Position numbers and translations under genes: made by a program
Source: an uncultured Candidatus Saccharibacteria bacterium
GTDB lineage: Bacteria; Patescibacteriota; Dojkabacteria; SC72
Direction of reading: 5' to 3'
NCBI GenBank assembly: GCA_964543485.1
Contig: CAZIYI010000001.1
Location: 1-53,009 of the forward strand
Length of the DNA: 53,009 nt
Part shown: piece after piece, positions 8,142 to 19,135 of the stretch
Layout of the letters: each line of letters opens with the position of its first letter
How positions within the stretch are numbered: position 1 is the stretch's first letter
The notes under the pieces: model-generated
Told to the model about the DNA's origin: nothing
The model's input: the letters and a program-made list of their open reading frames with translations, nothing else
Database searches by the model: none

Positions 8142-11081
8142 CTACCCATACTTAGGATAACAACACTTTTTGTATTTCTTACCACTACCACAAGGACAAG
8201 GATCATTTCTACCTACCTTTGTACTACTTCTTTTTACAGTTTGCTGTTTCTCTACTTTACCCGGCCTGTTATCTGTTAAACTCTTAACTTCCTCTTTCTG
8301 TGTTCTAACAGGAGCTCTAAATTGATCCTCTCTTCTTACAACTCTCACTTTAAAGAATCTGTTTACTGTATTTTGATCTACATTTACTAACATCTGATCA
8401 AAAAGTTGAAAACCCTCATTCTTGTACTCTACCAATGGATCTCTTTGAGCTAAGTTTCGAAGTGATATACCCTCTCTTAGGTCTTGCATATTATCCAAAT
8501 GCTCCATCCAGTATCTATCAATACTCTGAAGAATTAATACCTTAGATAGCTCACTCATTGGGAGTGGCCCTATACCATAAATATGTTCTACAAAGGATAT
8601 GAGGATTAATCTCTTTAACTCTTTAGTTCTCTCTACTACACTCTTTTCATCTAAATTCCTAAAGTAATCTATACTACTTTTGAATTTTAATCTTTTAATA
8701 GCTTTTTCAAATATCTCCTCTGTAAGCAAGTTTTTGATCTGAACATACAGATTTCTCTCTTCAATATTGTCTATCTCCATATCACCATCTAATTGAGATT
8801 GAACAAGGAAATCTATATGCTCTAATACTTTTTTAAGTATGAATATATCTAGGGAAGAGAGCTTAAACTTTAATTCTGTACTTAATTCAATTTCCCAAGT
8901 CTCTTTTTTAGTTAATGCAAATCCATCAAATATATCTTGAAGCTGATCAATATCTAATCCCAAACAGTATTTAATATCTTGCTCTAAATCTAGTTTACTC
9001 TCAACATACTCCTGATTAGATATCTCTAATATCTTAGTTCTAAGATCATATATTATATTTCTTTGTTGATTTAATACATCATCATATTCTACTAATCGTT
9101 TACGAATATCGTAGTTGTGAGATTCTACTCTCTTTTGTGCATTCTCAATTGTTTTACCCAATATACCCATTGATATTGGAGTATCATCATCTAAGCCAAC
9201 CTGTGTCATTATGGTTTGCATTCTATCTCCACCAAAGAGTCGCATTAGTTCATCTTCGAAAGATACAAAGAATTTGGATGATCCAGGGTCTCCCTGTCTT
9301 CCAGATCTACCTCTTAACTGGTTATCAATTCTTCTTGATTCATGTCGTTCAGAACCAATGATATACAAACCACCTAACTCTTTAACACCATCTCCTAGTG
9401 CAATGTCTGTTCCTCTTCCTGCCATGTTAGTAGCTATAGTTACAGAGCCCTTCTGACCGGCTCCTGAGACAATCTTTGCCTCTCTTTCATGCTGTTTGGC
9501 ATTTAATACCTCATGCCCTATACCCTCCTTAGAAAGCATTGTAGAGAGGACTTCAGATTTCTCTACAGAGGTAGTACCAACTAGTACAGGTTGTCCCTTC
9601 TTGTTATGCTCTCTAATATCCTCCACTATTGCTCTAAATTTACCCATCTGTGTCCTATACACAACATCGTTAAAGTCTTGTCTTACTACTGGCTTGTTCG
9701 TAGGAACAACGATAGTGTCGAGATAGTAGATGGATGAAAACTCCTCTGCTTCAGTAAGTGCAGTACCAGTCATACCTGATAGATATGAGTACAATCTAAA
9801 GTAGTTTTGTAATGTAATTGTTGCCATTGTTCTACTCTCTCTTTTAACCTCAACACCCTCCTTTGCCTCAATTGCTTGGTGTAACCCCTCACTATACCTT
9901 CTCCCAGTCATAGCTCTTCCAGTAAACTCATCAATGATTAGTACCTCTCCATCTCTAACCATATATTCATCATCTCTTTTGTAAAGCTCTTTTGCTTTAA
10001 GTGCGTTATCCAAATGGTATGCTAACTGAGCATCTTCATATACATTTTTAACCTTAAGAATTTTCTCCACTTTATCTATTCCCTCATCTGTTAAAGATAC
10101 AGAGTTACTCTTCTCATCAACTGCGTAATCTTTCTCAACACTTAAGGTATTTACTAAATTAGCAAACTGTTTATACATCTCATTAGATGCCTGTGCACTA
10201 GTGGAGATGATTAACGGAGTTCTTGCCTCATCAATTAAAATGGAGTCTGCTTCATCTACGATAGCAAAATATCTAGGTCCCTGTACCCTATCTTCTAACT
10301 TGCTTACCATATTATCCCTTAGGTAATCAAAACCGTATTCATTGTTAGTTCCATATATTACATCACATCCGTATGCTTCTTTCTTAGAACATTCAATGAG
10401 ATTAACTCCACTCATATGATCATACTTAAGCCGACCAGCTAACTTCTCCTTCTTATCCCTCTCCTTAATCAGCTCCTTTGCCTCATCACCCTTAAGTTTA
10501 ATTGCTTCTTCATCAGTGATAAATCTAAACTGTGTACCAGAATTAATTGCTGCAGTAGTCATACCCAAACTGTTAAGTATATGTCCCGTCCACTCTGCAT
10601 CTCTTTTAGCAAGATAGTCATTTACTGTAACTAGGTGTGCACCCCTACCAGTTAATGCATAAAGATACAAAGGTAGATTTGCTGCTAGCGTTTTACCCTC
10701 ACCTGTAAACAGCTCAGCTACTTTGTTATCAAAAAGTACATATCCAGCCATTACCTGTACATCAAAGTGTCTATGGTTAGCAACTCTTTTAGATGCTTCT
10801 CTTACTACTGCAAAAGCTTGGGGTAATATCTCTTTTAATTTGTTTTTTTCATCTTCCAAAATTTTCTTTAATTCAATATTGTTGTAGTTATTAAACTCTT
10901 TTCTACATGTTTCTAAATCAACACCTAACTCTTTTCTAAACATTAGTGTTTTATCCCTTAACTCTACATCTGAAAGTTTGCTAATCTCATCTTCTAAAGA
11001 GGATATCTCATCTACAACCTTTTGAATTTTGTTTATCTGTTTTTCGTTAGAGTCAAACAGTCCTTCGAATATATTTTTCAT
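8142..11081 (-). CDS. secA: preprotein translocase ATPase SecA
   Basis: 979-aa ORF with Walker A (FTGEGKTL), the DEAD-like motif [21 protein letters not shown], motif [10 protein letters not shown], and the C-terminal zinc motif [13 protein letters not shown]. Confidence 0.97.
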   Translation of the reverse strand: MKNIFEGLFDSNEKQINKIQKVVDEISSLEDEISKLSDVELRDKTLMFRKELGVDLETCRKEFNNYNNIELKKILEDEKNKLKEILPQAFAVVREASKRVANHRHFDVQVMAGYVLFDNKVAELFTGEGKTLAANLPLYLYALTGRGAHLVTVNDYLAKRDAEWTGHILNSLGMTTAAINSGTQFRFITDEEAIKLKGDEAKELIKERDKKEKLAGRLKYDHMSGVNLIECSKKEAYGCDVIYGTNNEYGFDYLRDNMVSKLEDRVQGPRYFAIVDEADSILIDEARTPLIISTSAQASNEMYKQFANLVNTLSVEKDYAVDEKSNSVSLTDEGIDKVEKILKVKNVYEDAQLAYHLDNALKAKELYKRDDEYMVRDGEVLIIDEFTGRAMTGRRYSEGLHQAIEAKEGVEVKRESRTMATITLQNYFRLYSYLSGMTGTALTEAEEFSSIYYLDTIVVPTNKPVVRQDFNDVVYRTQMGKFRAIVEDIREHNKKGQPVLVGTTSVEKSEVLSTMLSKEGIGHEVLNAKQHEREAKIVSGAGQKGSVTIATNMAGRGTDIALGDGVKELGGLYIIGSERHESRRIDNQLRGRSGRQGDPGSSKFFVSFEDELMRLFGGDRMQTIMTQVGLDDDTPISMGILGKTIENAQKRVESHNYDIRKRLVEYDDVLNQQRNIIYDLRTKILEISNQEYVESKLDLEQDIKYCLGLDIDQLQDIFDGFALTKKETWEIELSTELKFKLSSLDIFILKKVLEHIDFLVQSQLDGDMEIDNIEERNLYVQIKNLLTEEIFEKAIKRLKFKSSIDYFRNLDEKSVVERTKELKRLILISFVEHIYGIGPLPMSELSKVLILQSIDRYWMEHLDNMQDLREGISLRNLAQRDPLVEYKNEGFQLFDQMLVNVDQNTVNRFFKVRVVRREDQFRAPVRTQKEEVKSLTDNRPGKVEKQQTVKRSSTKVGRNDPCPCGSGKKYKKCCYPKYG

Positions 11082-11163
11082 AGCTTCTGATTATATCAAT
11101 TATTTAATCTAGCACAAACTAAGTTAAGTACTTTTTCATTTCTAATGTCTACAATGTATATAT

Positions 11164-12690
11164 ATGATATCACCTCTACTACTGTTTACTCTTTTAACAG
11201 TTACTCCTGTATGGACTAGCAAGGAGATATTTACTAGTTGGATGGATAAGGGGCAGGGATATGAGTACATCTTAGAAATATATACAGATAGGGGGTTTAA
11301 TACCCTCTACCTTTCTAAAGAGCCAACTACAAAGATATATACATATACCACCTACTACGATACTAATCTTTACTTCCAAAGAGTAAAATATTACCCAGCT
11401 ACCTCTCCAGAGAGTTATGAATATATGGATTTGGGACAGTTCTATTTAAACCTAGAATACGGTATTTACAGTGAAGATATACCTGATATATTTCCTACAA
11501 CCCCAACTCCTCCCCAACCCCCTGCGGAACCTCAACCTGAACCCGAAGAGAACATCCCTGATCCAGTTATAGAAGAAGATATTCCAGAAGATGTTTTAGA
11601 TATACCAACAGAGAAGGTATTTACTCTTTCTCAAAACACAGATTACAGAGAAGATATTTTAAGTAACTCACAAACAGCAGTACTGGGTACAAGTACTCAA
11701 AATACAGAAATATGTAATATCTCTTTACTTAGAGATGATGAAATTAAAATTAAATCATGGGAGTGTCCTTTGGATATACAGATATCTAAAGTTGAATATC
11801 TAAATTGGGATGATTACAAGTCATTAGAGATACACGGTACATATCCTAATTACATTAATTCAGATATTAAGATATATGGATGTAAAAAGTTTACTCTTTT
11901 TGAACCTAAAACATGGTTTGGATGTAAAGAGATTCTAGTAGATACATACAAAGGTGATATTAAATTAATATATTCTGGGAATATATATATTGATGGGGGT
12001 GTGCTAAAGGGTAGTAACTTCGGATTCATGGATACATCTTTTTACTTAGGTAACAGAGTAAAAGATGATATTTCTAAAAGTAAGGTACAGATATATTTAA
12101 ATATATATTCCCAATTTAAGAGTAAAGAGTGGATAGATATACAGTATACAATTAAAAAAGATGTTACTCTTCCTCAATTAAAAGAAGCTATCGTTAAAAA
12201 ACCTTTTTCCTTTCCAATAGATAGGTTAATTGGGGTTACACAGTGGCATGGATGTACACAGTATCAGTGTCCTCATAAAGGGATAGATTTTGGTGCTAGT
12301 CTAAACAAAGTAATATCAATTGGAGATGGTAGCGTAACTAAGGTTGGGTATGATATGTATGGTGGAGAGTGTAATCAGGGTGGTAACTATGTAATTGTTA
12401 AACATACCAATGGTATGTACTCTACTTACTTTCATTTAGATTCTTACAGTGTAAGTGTAGGTACAAAGGTTAGTAAGGGAACATTAATCGGTATATCTGG
12501 TAACAGTGGCAAAAAGAACTGTCAGCCATTGAAATATCATTTACATTTTGAAACTAGAAATGGTTCTAGTTCTTCTACTCATGTTAATCCTGTTGAGTAT
12601 ATTGATGTTGATTGGAATTTAATTCCTACTCTTGGATATATTCAATATCCTGGTAGACTAACAGGGAATAACCCTCATCCTAATTTTTAG
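11164..12690 (+). CDS. exported M23 family metallopeptidase (peptidoglycan DD-endopeptidase-like) with FN3-like N-terminal module and Pro-rich linker
   Basis: 508-aa ORF with a signal-like N-terminus and a PTTPTPPQPPAEPQPEPEE linker. The C-terminal M23 motifs are HKGIDFGA (HxxxD) and YHLHFE (HxH). Confidence 0.8.
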   Translation: MISPLLLFTLLTVTPVWTSKEIFTSWMDKGQGYEYILEIYTDRGFNTLYLSKEPTTKIYTYTTYYDTNLYFQRVKYYPATSPESYEYMDLGQFYLNLEYGIYSEDIPDIFPTTPTPPQPPAEPQPEPEENIPDPVIEEDIPEDVLDIPTEKVFTLSQNTDYREDILSNSQTAVLGTSTQNTEICNISLLRDDEIKIKSWECPLDIQISKVEYLNWDDYKSLEIHGTYPNYINSDIKIYGCKKFTLFEPKTWFGCKEILVDTYKGDIKLIYSGNIYIDGGVLKGSNFGFMDTSFYLGNRVKDDISKSKVQIYLNIYSQFKSKEWIDIQYTIKKDVTLPQLKEAIVKKPFSFPIDRLIGVTQWHGCTQYQCPHKGIDFGASLNKVISIGDGSVTKVGYDMYGGECNQGGNYVIVKHTNGMYSTYFHLDSYSVSVGTKVSKGTLIGISGNSGKKNCQPLKYHLHFETRNGSSSSTHVNPVEYIDVDWNLIPTLGYIQYPGRLTGNNPHPNF

Positions 12691-12699
12691 TTTTTTAAT

Positions 12700-13287
12700 A
12701 TGTTTAAAGAGATTCTTTTTTACATTCTTTCTTTAATATTTTCTAAACAGGAAGATATATATATTAAAGAGTATATGATTGATACTAAGTATGTTCCTCA
12801 ATATATATATTGGATAGATGATATTAATGTTTTACTTTCATCATATGGGTATACAGAGATTTTTAATACATACAACAGAAAGAGTAATGCCATTGATACA
12901 TGTAAAAACTGTATTTATGGGTATGACAAGGGGTTTGTATATTGTAAGTATGAAAACAGAGATATATCTAGTATGAAAGAGTTTAGTACAACAATTGAGG
13001 TATATGATATTAAAAACAATTTAATATTTTCTAAGGATATATTTCCTACAGTAGCTCCAATTGTATGTAAAAGAGATTACATAGTACTTAAGACAAATGA
13101 TCCTAATCTAGAAGAGAATACATATGTTTTTGATATTAAGAAGGATATTTTTGAGATATATGAGGAAAGGATTGAGAACAAAGAGTGTTATTCAAAAGAT
13201 ATGAGTAAGAAGATTGTAACAGATGAGTATTATAGACTATGGTTTTATGAAAAGAAAATAGGAAAAGTAATAGGGCTAGAAAAATAA
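12700..13287 (+). CDS. hypothetical protein (probably co-transcribed with the M23 peptidase)
   Basis: 195-aa ORF starting 9 nt after the upstream stop, with a hydrophobic N-terminus and no recognisable motif. Confidence 0.5.
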   Translation: MFKEILFYILSLIFSKQEDIYIKEYMIDTKYVPQYIYWIDDINVLLSSYGYTEIFNTYNRKSNAIDTCKNCIYGYDKGFVYCKYENRDISSMKEFSTTIEVYDIKNNLIFSKDIFPTVAPIVCKRDYIVLKTNDPNLEENTYVFDIKKDIFEIYEERIENKECYSKDMSKKIVTDEYYRLWFYEKKIGKVIGLEK

Positions 13288-13335
13288 AAATGGGGGTTGT
13301 GCTTTATGCACTAACACATAAAGTCTTCTCCCCCT
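13281..13335 (-). terminator. probable intrinsic terminator of the kinase operon
   Basis: An imperfect long hairpin. Inner stem CTTTATG (13302-13308) pairs with CATAAAG (13317-13323); outer stem GGGGG (13292-13296) pairs with CCCCC (13330-13334). On the minus strand it is followed by a U-rich tract (complement of AAAATAAAAA, 13281-13290). Confidence 0.5.
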
Positions 13336-13406
13336 AGTGATTGCTAAGATTGTACATTTTTCTATGTATTTTTTCAATACAAAGGGGATATTTATTTATT
13401 AAATCT

Positions 13407-15659
13407 CTATCTCTTTAATCCAAGTTTTTGGAATCTATCTACCTCATCTGCAGGATCAATCTTTTGACCGTTATACTTAGGTAGTGTAAATGTAAATGTA
13501 CTACCCTCTCCGACTTTACTTTTTACATCAACCGTACCACCCATAAGTCTTACTAATCCAAATGTAATGTACAGACCTAGTCCTGTTCCTCCTGGTCTTA
13601 CTATCTCTGATTCTAAGTAGTTATCTACTCTATAGAATTTTTCTCCTAGTTTAGATAAATATTCTTGAGGAATCCCCTTCCCTGTATCTTTAACACTTAC
13701 AATAACATTGTTATCTCCTGATGTTGCAGATACTGTAATACTTCCCTTCTCTGTGTATTTAATAGCGTTACCAAGCAAATTATTCAATACCTCTGCTACT
13801 CTAATTCTGTCTGCATATGCGTATGGTAAATTAGGTTGTACATTTTTTGTAAAAGAAATTCCTGCTTTAAGGTCTTTCTCATGTCCATGCATAGACATCT
13901 CTATCTCTTCTTGTATGTTTACTTTCTCATGTTTAATCTCTACTTTATCTCCTTCTAATTTAGCAGATGTAAGTAGGGTATTTATTAATCCTATTTCTGT
14001 TTCTACTGCATTACTTATTCTGTCAATATATTTTTTAAAGTTTGCAGGATTACTATGTATATATTTTTGTAATAGCTCAATATTTAATTTAACAACAGTA
14101 GCAGGAGTTCTTAATTCATGTCCCATTATATCTATCATATCTGCTTCTTTTCTTCTTGCTTCTTGTAATTCTAATACTTTGGTTTGTAATTCTTTTGTTT
14201 GATCATTTACTTTTTGTTGGAGAGTTTGGTTAAAGTTCTGAAGTTCTAAATATAAAAATGCTCTTACAAGTGAAATGTGCGTGTTTTGAACAATACTATC
14301 CAGGAAATCAATATCTCCAACCGTATATGAATTACGATTTGGATTTTGACCAATTAATACAGCACCCTCAAATCTATCTCGTTCTCGTAAAGAAAATATG
14401 ATTTCAATTGAGTTCTTTTTCATAAAAGAAAGTATTGATTCTCTTTTCTTATCAATAATCAATTTCCCTGCCCTTTTGTTGTTGTTAAGCTCTGAGTAGA
14501 TTAAGATTCTATGGCTGTTTAAATTCTTCCATTCGTTTAGGGTTTGAACTATATCTTCAAATGCCACCTCCGCGTTCCCCTCCTGTTTGTTTTTAATTAA
14601 TTTTCCATCTCTATCAAAGAGAATGATAAATACTAATTCACTCTTAAATGATTGATTAATCAAATTTAAAAGATTACTTACTATACTATCTACATCTAAT
14701 GTTTCAGAGTTTTTACTAGTGAGTAGTCTTAGACTTTTTACTGGGTTATAGTTGGAATAAATATATTTTTCAGCTAAAAAACTTTCAATTTTTTTAAATA
14801 TATTTTCCAGAATTACCGTTAATACCACAGACAAAGCCAATAGTTTTATTATCCCCATACCAGTAAAATCGATTTCCCAAAGGGGTATAACAATAAATAG
14901 AACTATTGAGATAAAGGTTACAATAGCGATAGATTTTAAGAATGTCCCAACAACTCTCCCGAGAACAACTCTTGTATCAAGAAAACGTGTTGTAAGAATA
15001 GAATATCCAACAATTATGGTCCAAATAGAGTTACCAATAGTACTGAATTTATAATACTGCGTGTTATCAAATACTAAAGGAAATACAAAATCAAAAAGTA
15101 AAACAGGTACCAACATAATGATTCCACCTGCTACATAGTGTTGAACCTGTCTCTTTTCTATACCTGATAAAGTTCTTGCTTGTTTTATGTAATAACCCAC
15201 TACATATATTGCTGTAATAAATTCCGGAAGACCGTATAGAATATATAGCGGTCCCATTGTAGCGATTGTATTATGCATTTCTGAAACATGTACCGTTGAT
15301 AAAACAATAGAATCAGTAAACCACATTATCAATGTCACAATGAACATGTAGACAAAGGTTAGTAAAAAGAATCTCCTAAACTTCTTTTCTAACTCAACAG
15401 GATATACCGTAGCGAAAAGAATAAGTCCTAATGTCATAAAATACGCCATTGTATAGACAATTTTTAGCCATATGGTTGTATCAAACAAAACGGGATTTGA
15501 ATAAAAGAAAATACTTAAGGACCATAATCCTAAAAATAGAGCTGATAGAAAATAGAATCTTTTTTCTCGATTCTTTGTATCCGACAGCAATACAAAGAAA
15601 CCCATCCCAACTTGGATTATTCCTGAGAATAGATTGATAAAGCCTATTAAATCAGTCAT
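13407..15659 (-). CDS. multi-pass membrane sensor histidine kinase
   Basis: 750-aa ORF with about 7-8 N-terminal TM helices and a central GAF/PAS-sized region. It has a coiled coil, an H-box (MGHELRTPA) and HATPase_c motifs (NLLGNAIKYT, DTGKGIP, GGTGLGL). Confidence 0.88.
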   Translation of the reverse strand: MTDLIGFINLFSGIIQVGMGFFVLLSDTKNREKRFYFLSALFLGLWSLSIFFYSNPVLFDTTIWLKIVYTMAYFMTLGLILFATVYPVELEKKFRRFFLLTFVYMFIVTLIMWFTDSIVLSTVHVSEMHNTIATMGPLYILYGLPEFITAIYVVGYYIKQARTLSGIEKRQVQHYVAGGIIMLVPVLLFDFVFPLVFDNTQYYKFSTIGNSIWTIIVGYSILTTRFLDTRVVLGRVVGTFLKSIAIVTFISIVLFIVIPLWEIDFTGMGIIKLLALSVVLTVILENIFKKIESFLAEKYIYSNYNPVKSLRLLTSKNSETLDVDSIVSNLLNLINQSFKSELVFIILFDRDGKLIKNKQEGNAEVAFEDIVQTLNEWKNLNSHRILIYSELNNNKRAGKLIIDKKRESILSFMKKNSIEIIFSLRERDRFEGAVLIGQNPNRNSYTVGDIDFLDSIVQNTHISLVRAFLYLELQNFNQTLQQKVNDQTKELQTKVLELQEARRKEADMIDIMGHELRTPATVVKLNIELLQKYIHSNPANFKKYIDRISNAVETEIGLINTLLTSAKLEGDKVEIKHEKVNIQEEIEMSMHGHEKDLKAGISFTKNVQPNLPYAYADRIRVAEVLNNLLGNAIKYTEKGSITVSATSGDNNVIVSVKDTGKGIPQEYLSKLGEKFYRVDNYLESEIVRPGGTGLGLYITFGLVRLMGGTVDVKSKVGEGSTFTFTLPKYNGQKIDPADEVDRFQKLGLKR

Positions 15660-15660
15660 T

Positions 15661-17004
15661 TTATTTCTTTAATACTAACCCACAATTTGTTATATACAAA
15701 GGACATTCAGGCAGATCATCCATAGCAACCCAACTATTCAAATCTTCTTTTTTAATTAAATCCTTGAGCATATACGAAGGATATACATCATCTCTATATT
15801 CATCTATAACATCCGTTGTAACTTTCATTGAAAGCAACATTTGCAAGATATAGGAAACTTTTAACTTCGAAAGAAGATAGTGGTTCCAGTTATAGAAAAG
15901 ATCAGACTCTTTATTATGTACCTTTGTTAATTTTTTTACCTCTTGTCCACCAAAATACTTTGAATTACTAACCACACTTTTTCCATACACATATTCAGGC
16001 ATCTTTTTTGTTAATGACGGGAATATTGAACAGTATATTAAATGTAGAGTATTTAATTGAACGGTGTACATTGGATCAAGAGAATCTACAACAAACAAAG
16101 CGTTTTTCTTTCCTTTTACTTTTGAAACTTCTAAAAGTTTTTTGTATTCATCCTCACATAGATAGGCCGTACCATGACTAGAGAAAAAGCCGTCAAAGTA
16201 GTTATCTGGTTGTAATTTAGTAAATTCTATAAAATCTCCCGTTACTAGTGTCACATACTCATCACTTTTCTCTATAAGGGAAGCATCTTCTGTAGACATT
16301 TTGGTTTGCCATGGTATTTGATAATAGTCTAGAGAATTTTGAGTAGCAACAATTGAGTGTGGAGATATATCAACACTATATAGCTCGATTTTCTTATCCT
16401 TAAACTTTTCATGAAGTTTATTTCGTAACATTAATGTAGACCATCCAGATCCCGGACCATATTCAATAACTCTTACCGTATCTCCTGAAGGTTCTATGTT
16501 GTCAACTAAATATGTAATATCATTTAATGCTGTCTTTAGTGAGGTTGGGTTTAGCCCCTTTCCAAACATTCTAATAATTTCATATTCATCCCACCTATCA
16601 ATTGACTTAATATCACTAGATAAAGAAACCATTTCTTTATAATACTCTTTACACTTTTCAAGAAATAGCTTTTTATGATTTACATTAACTAGTGGTATAC
16701 CAGGAGCAATTTTTTTGTATGCCTCTTCAAGTTCTGGATTCCTTTTATCTAACCAATACTCTTGTCTTTCTGATTTAAACAGTATTGGTGGAGATTTTTT
16801 ACTTGGACTGTCTTGCACAACTGGTAACTCTTGAGGGTGCTTCTCGATATCGTCTTCCTTTGTCTCTGCCACTTGATTCTCTTTCTCATACTTTTCAAAT
16901 CCAAGATCTTTTTCAATATTTGGCATTATTGCAGAACTTGAAGCTTCTGGATTTAATTCCTCATGAACAAATCTCTCTGGGAATCTTGTGTTTTCTTTCT
17001 CCAT
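15661..17004 (-). CDS. class I SAM-dependent methyltransferase-like protein with disordered N-terminal extension
   Basis: 447-aa ORF ending 1 nt before the kinase start. It has motif I-like VIEYGPGSGWST followed by the acidic residue in LYSVDISP. The N-terminal ~90 aa are low complexity. Confidence 0.5.
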   Translation of the reverse strand: MEKENTRFPERFVHEELNPEASSSAIMPNIEKDLGFEKYEKENQVAETKEDDIEKHPQELPVVQDSPSKKSPPILFKSERQEYWLDKRNPELEEAYKKIAPGIPLVNVNHKKLFLEKCKEYYKEMVSLSSDIKSIDRWDEYEIIRMFGKGLNPTSLKTALNDITYLVDNIEPSGDTVRVIEYGPGSGWSTLMLRNKLHEKFKDKKIELYSVDISPHSIVATQNSLDYYQIPWQTKMSTEDASLIEKSDEYVTLVTGDFIEFTKLQPDNYFDGFFSSHGTAYLCEDEYKKLLEVSKVKGKKNALFVVDSLDPMYTVQLNTLHLIYCSIFPSLTKKMPEYVYGKSVVSNSKYFGGQEVKKLTKVHNKESDLFYNWNHYLLSKLKVSYILQMLLSMKVTTDVIDEYRDDVYPSYMLKDLIKKEDLNSWVAMDDLPECPLYITNCGLVLKK

Positions 17005-17136
17005 TTCTTAGTTATTTAATTTAAAAGTACATATATCTTTAGATTCTACTTTACTAAACTGTTAGTGTAAATAGTATCATTTCGTCTTTTCAAACATCCT
17101 TCCTCTTTCCTATGATTAGGGATTCTAAAGTAAATC

Positions 17137-17619
17137 TCAAAATATCAGAGTAAGTATATATATAATCATTCCTATACTAAATCCTACTTTTAATACAATA
17201 CTAACTAATACTCCAATAAAAGAGCCAATACCTGCTCTTAAACTTTGATTAAAATCTTTTTTAGCAAATATTAATTCAAAAAGAGTAGCACCAATTAAAG
17301 AACCTATAAACATACCAGGGATATTTCCAACTAACATACCAATAATTACACCAACTATTGCCCCTATCATACCCCATTTAGATCCACCTAATTTCTTAGC
17401 ACCCAATGCTATTACAATATTATCAATAAATGTTGAGAGTAAAGATAATATAAATAAAATTATAAGAATAGTTGGAGTAATAACTACAAACTTACCCATT
17501 AAAGCAAGTATAAATACCGAGATATATACCAACCATACACCTGGTAAAGATATGAGTGTAAGCACTATTCCTATTAATGCTAATACTCCTAATACAATGT
17601 ACATTACTATTTCAAACAT
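17137..17619 (-). CDS. small multi-pass membrane protein (DUF456-like)
   Basis: 160-aa ORF with 4-5 Gly-rich TM helices. The start resembles DUF456 proteins (LTLISLPGVWLVYISVF). Confidence 0.5.
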   Translation of the reverse strand: MFEIVMYIVLGVLALIGIVLTLISLPGVWLVYISVFILALMGKFVVITPTILIILFILSLLSTFIDNIVIALGAKKLGGSKWGMIGAIVGVIIGMLVGNIPGMFIGSLIGATLFELIFAKKDFNQSLRAGIGSFIGVLVSIVLKVGFSIGMIIYILTLIF

Positions 17620-17665
17620 ACTGTATTATACTATTTTTATTAAAAAATAAGGTATACTCATAAGT

Positions 17666-19135
17666 ATGAAAAAACTCATATATATACTAATACCAATAAC
17701 ACTCTTTGTTATCTTCATATGCACTTTAAATATTGATAAACAGTATATGTGGAGTGATGAGATATTCTCATTCCATGCTGGTAAAAGAATATTAGAAACA
17801 GGTAAACCAATATATGAATCAGAATTGGATTATGGAAGATCTAGTATATACCACTACATACTTGCCCTCTCAATGAAGCTCTTTGGTGTAAATGAATTAG
17901 GAAGTAGGATACTTAACATCCCGTTCGTATTTGGTACATGGGTAGTAATATCCCTGTTTATATATACCCTAATCAATAAATTAAAAAATATTAATCATAG
18001 GATATTAATATCCTATACTGGGGGATTACTCTACTTTATTAGTAACTTCTCTATTGCTATGCTTCGTGAGACTCGAATGTATTCTATGAGTACATTCTTT
18101 TTAATGCTCTCAATATATTTAATATACAAAGCAATAGTACAACCCCAAAAGTATATATATATTAAATGGTTTGATATTAAAATTGACCTTAGATATGTAC
18201 TACCTGCAATACCTGTATTAGTAGTTGCACTAGAGACCCAGCCGATTAATTTAATATTAGGTGTTGGTCTAATTCTGTTCTTTACACTTGCAAGCGTATT
18301 TTACAAAAACAAAAAATATTTATTCATATCTCTTATACTCCTTATCTTCGCGATACTTTTGGTATATATTGAATTTGATACTTTAAATATGTTAGTGGTG
18401 TATAACAGCTTGTCACCTGATTGGGCATTAAACTCCTCTCCTTTGTATTACATAGTACTTACTGTTAGAAATCTTCCATTTGTAGTATTTACAGCTTTAC
18501 TAGCAGTATACTTTCTTTTTAAAAAGGGAAATATTCATATCCTCTTTCTATCATCTATAATACTTGGCTTCTTGTCATTCCTTTCATTCCAATATGCTCA
18601 ACATGAAAGATATTGGCAAGCAGTAATACCAATACTCTTTATAATATCTGTATATTCAATCTATCTTCTATTTAAAACCATTAATACCAAAAAATTAAAA
18701 TATGTTTTAACTTCAGTAGTATTACTCTTTGTTGGATTTCATATATATCTATCAATAAAGGAGGTAAAAGAGATTGATACATATACTCCACACTCCCTTT
18801 CAATTCATAAAAAGTTGGAATTTGAAAAAACATATCAATATTTAAATATAAATGATACTGATAACACACTTGTTATTGGAGATTTCCACTCTGTATACAC
18901 GCTATATGAAAAAGGAGTAAATATAGATTATCTATTACTTACAGATACAGATGTTAATTGGGATTGGGGATATCAAGATCTTTACTTTAAGATACCCCTA
19001 ATCAATATAACTGCATTACATTTACTTTCTCAAACCTCTGACGGATATCTTGTTGTAAGGGATAGTAATAGATTTGAGAAGGTTCCTTTTGAAAAAATAG
19101 AGGGATTTAATAGACCAGTAATATACCAATTCTAG
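17666..19135 (+). CDS. GT-C fold membrane glycosyltransferase (ArnT/PMT-like, GT39/GT83-type)
   Basis: 489-aa ORF with more than 10 predicted TM helices. The first-loop acidic motif MWSDEIFSFHAGKRILETGKP is typical of polyprenyl-phosphate-sugar-dependent GT-C enzymes. There is a soluble C-terminal domain. Confidence 0.65.
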   Translation: MKKLIYILIPITLFVIFICTLNIDKQYMWSDEIFSFHAGKRILETGKPIYESELDYGRSSIYHYILALSMKLFGVNELGSRILNIPFVFGTWVVISLFIYTLINKLKNINHRILISYTGGLLYFISNFSIAMLRETRMYSMSTFFLMLSIYLIYKAIVQPQKYIYIKWFDIKIDLRYVLPAIPVLVVALETQPINLILGVGLILFFTLASVFYKNKKYLFISLILLIFAILLVYIEFDTLNMLVVYNSLSPDWALNSSPLYYIVLTVRNLPFVVFTALLAVYFLFKKGNIHILFLSSIILGFLSFLSFQYAQHERYWQAVIPILFIISVYSIYLLFKTINTKKLKYVLTSVVLLFVGFHIYLSIKEVKEIDTYTPHSLSIHKKLEFEKTYQYLNINDTDNTLVIGDFHSVYTLYEKGVNIDYLLLTDTDVNWDWGYQDLYFKIPLINITALHLLSQTSDGYLVVRDSNRFEKVPFEKIEGFNRPVIYQF

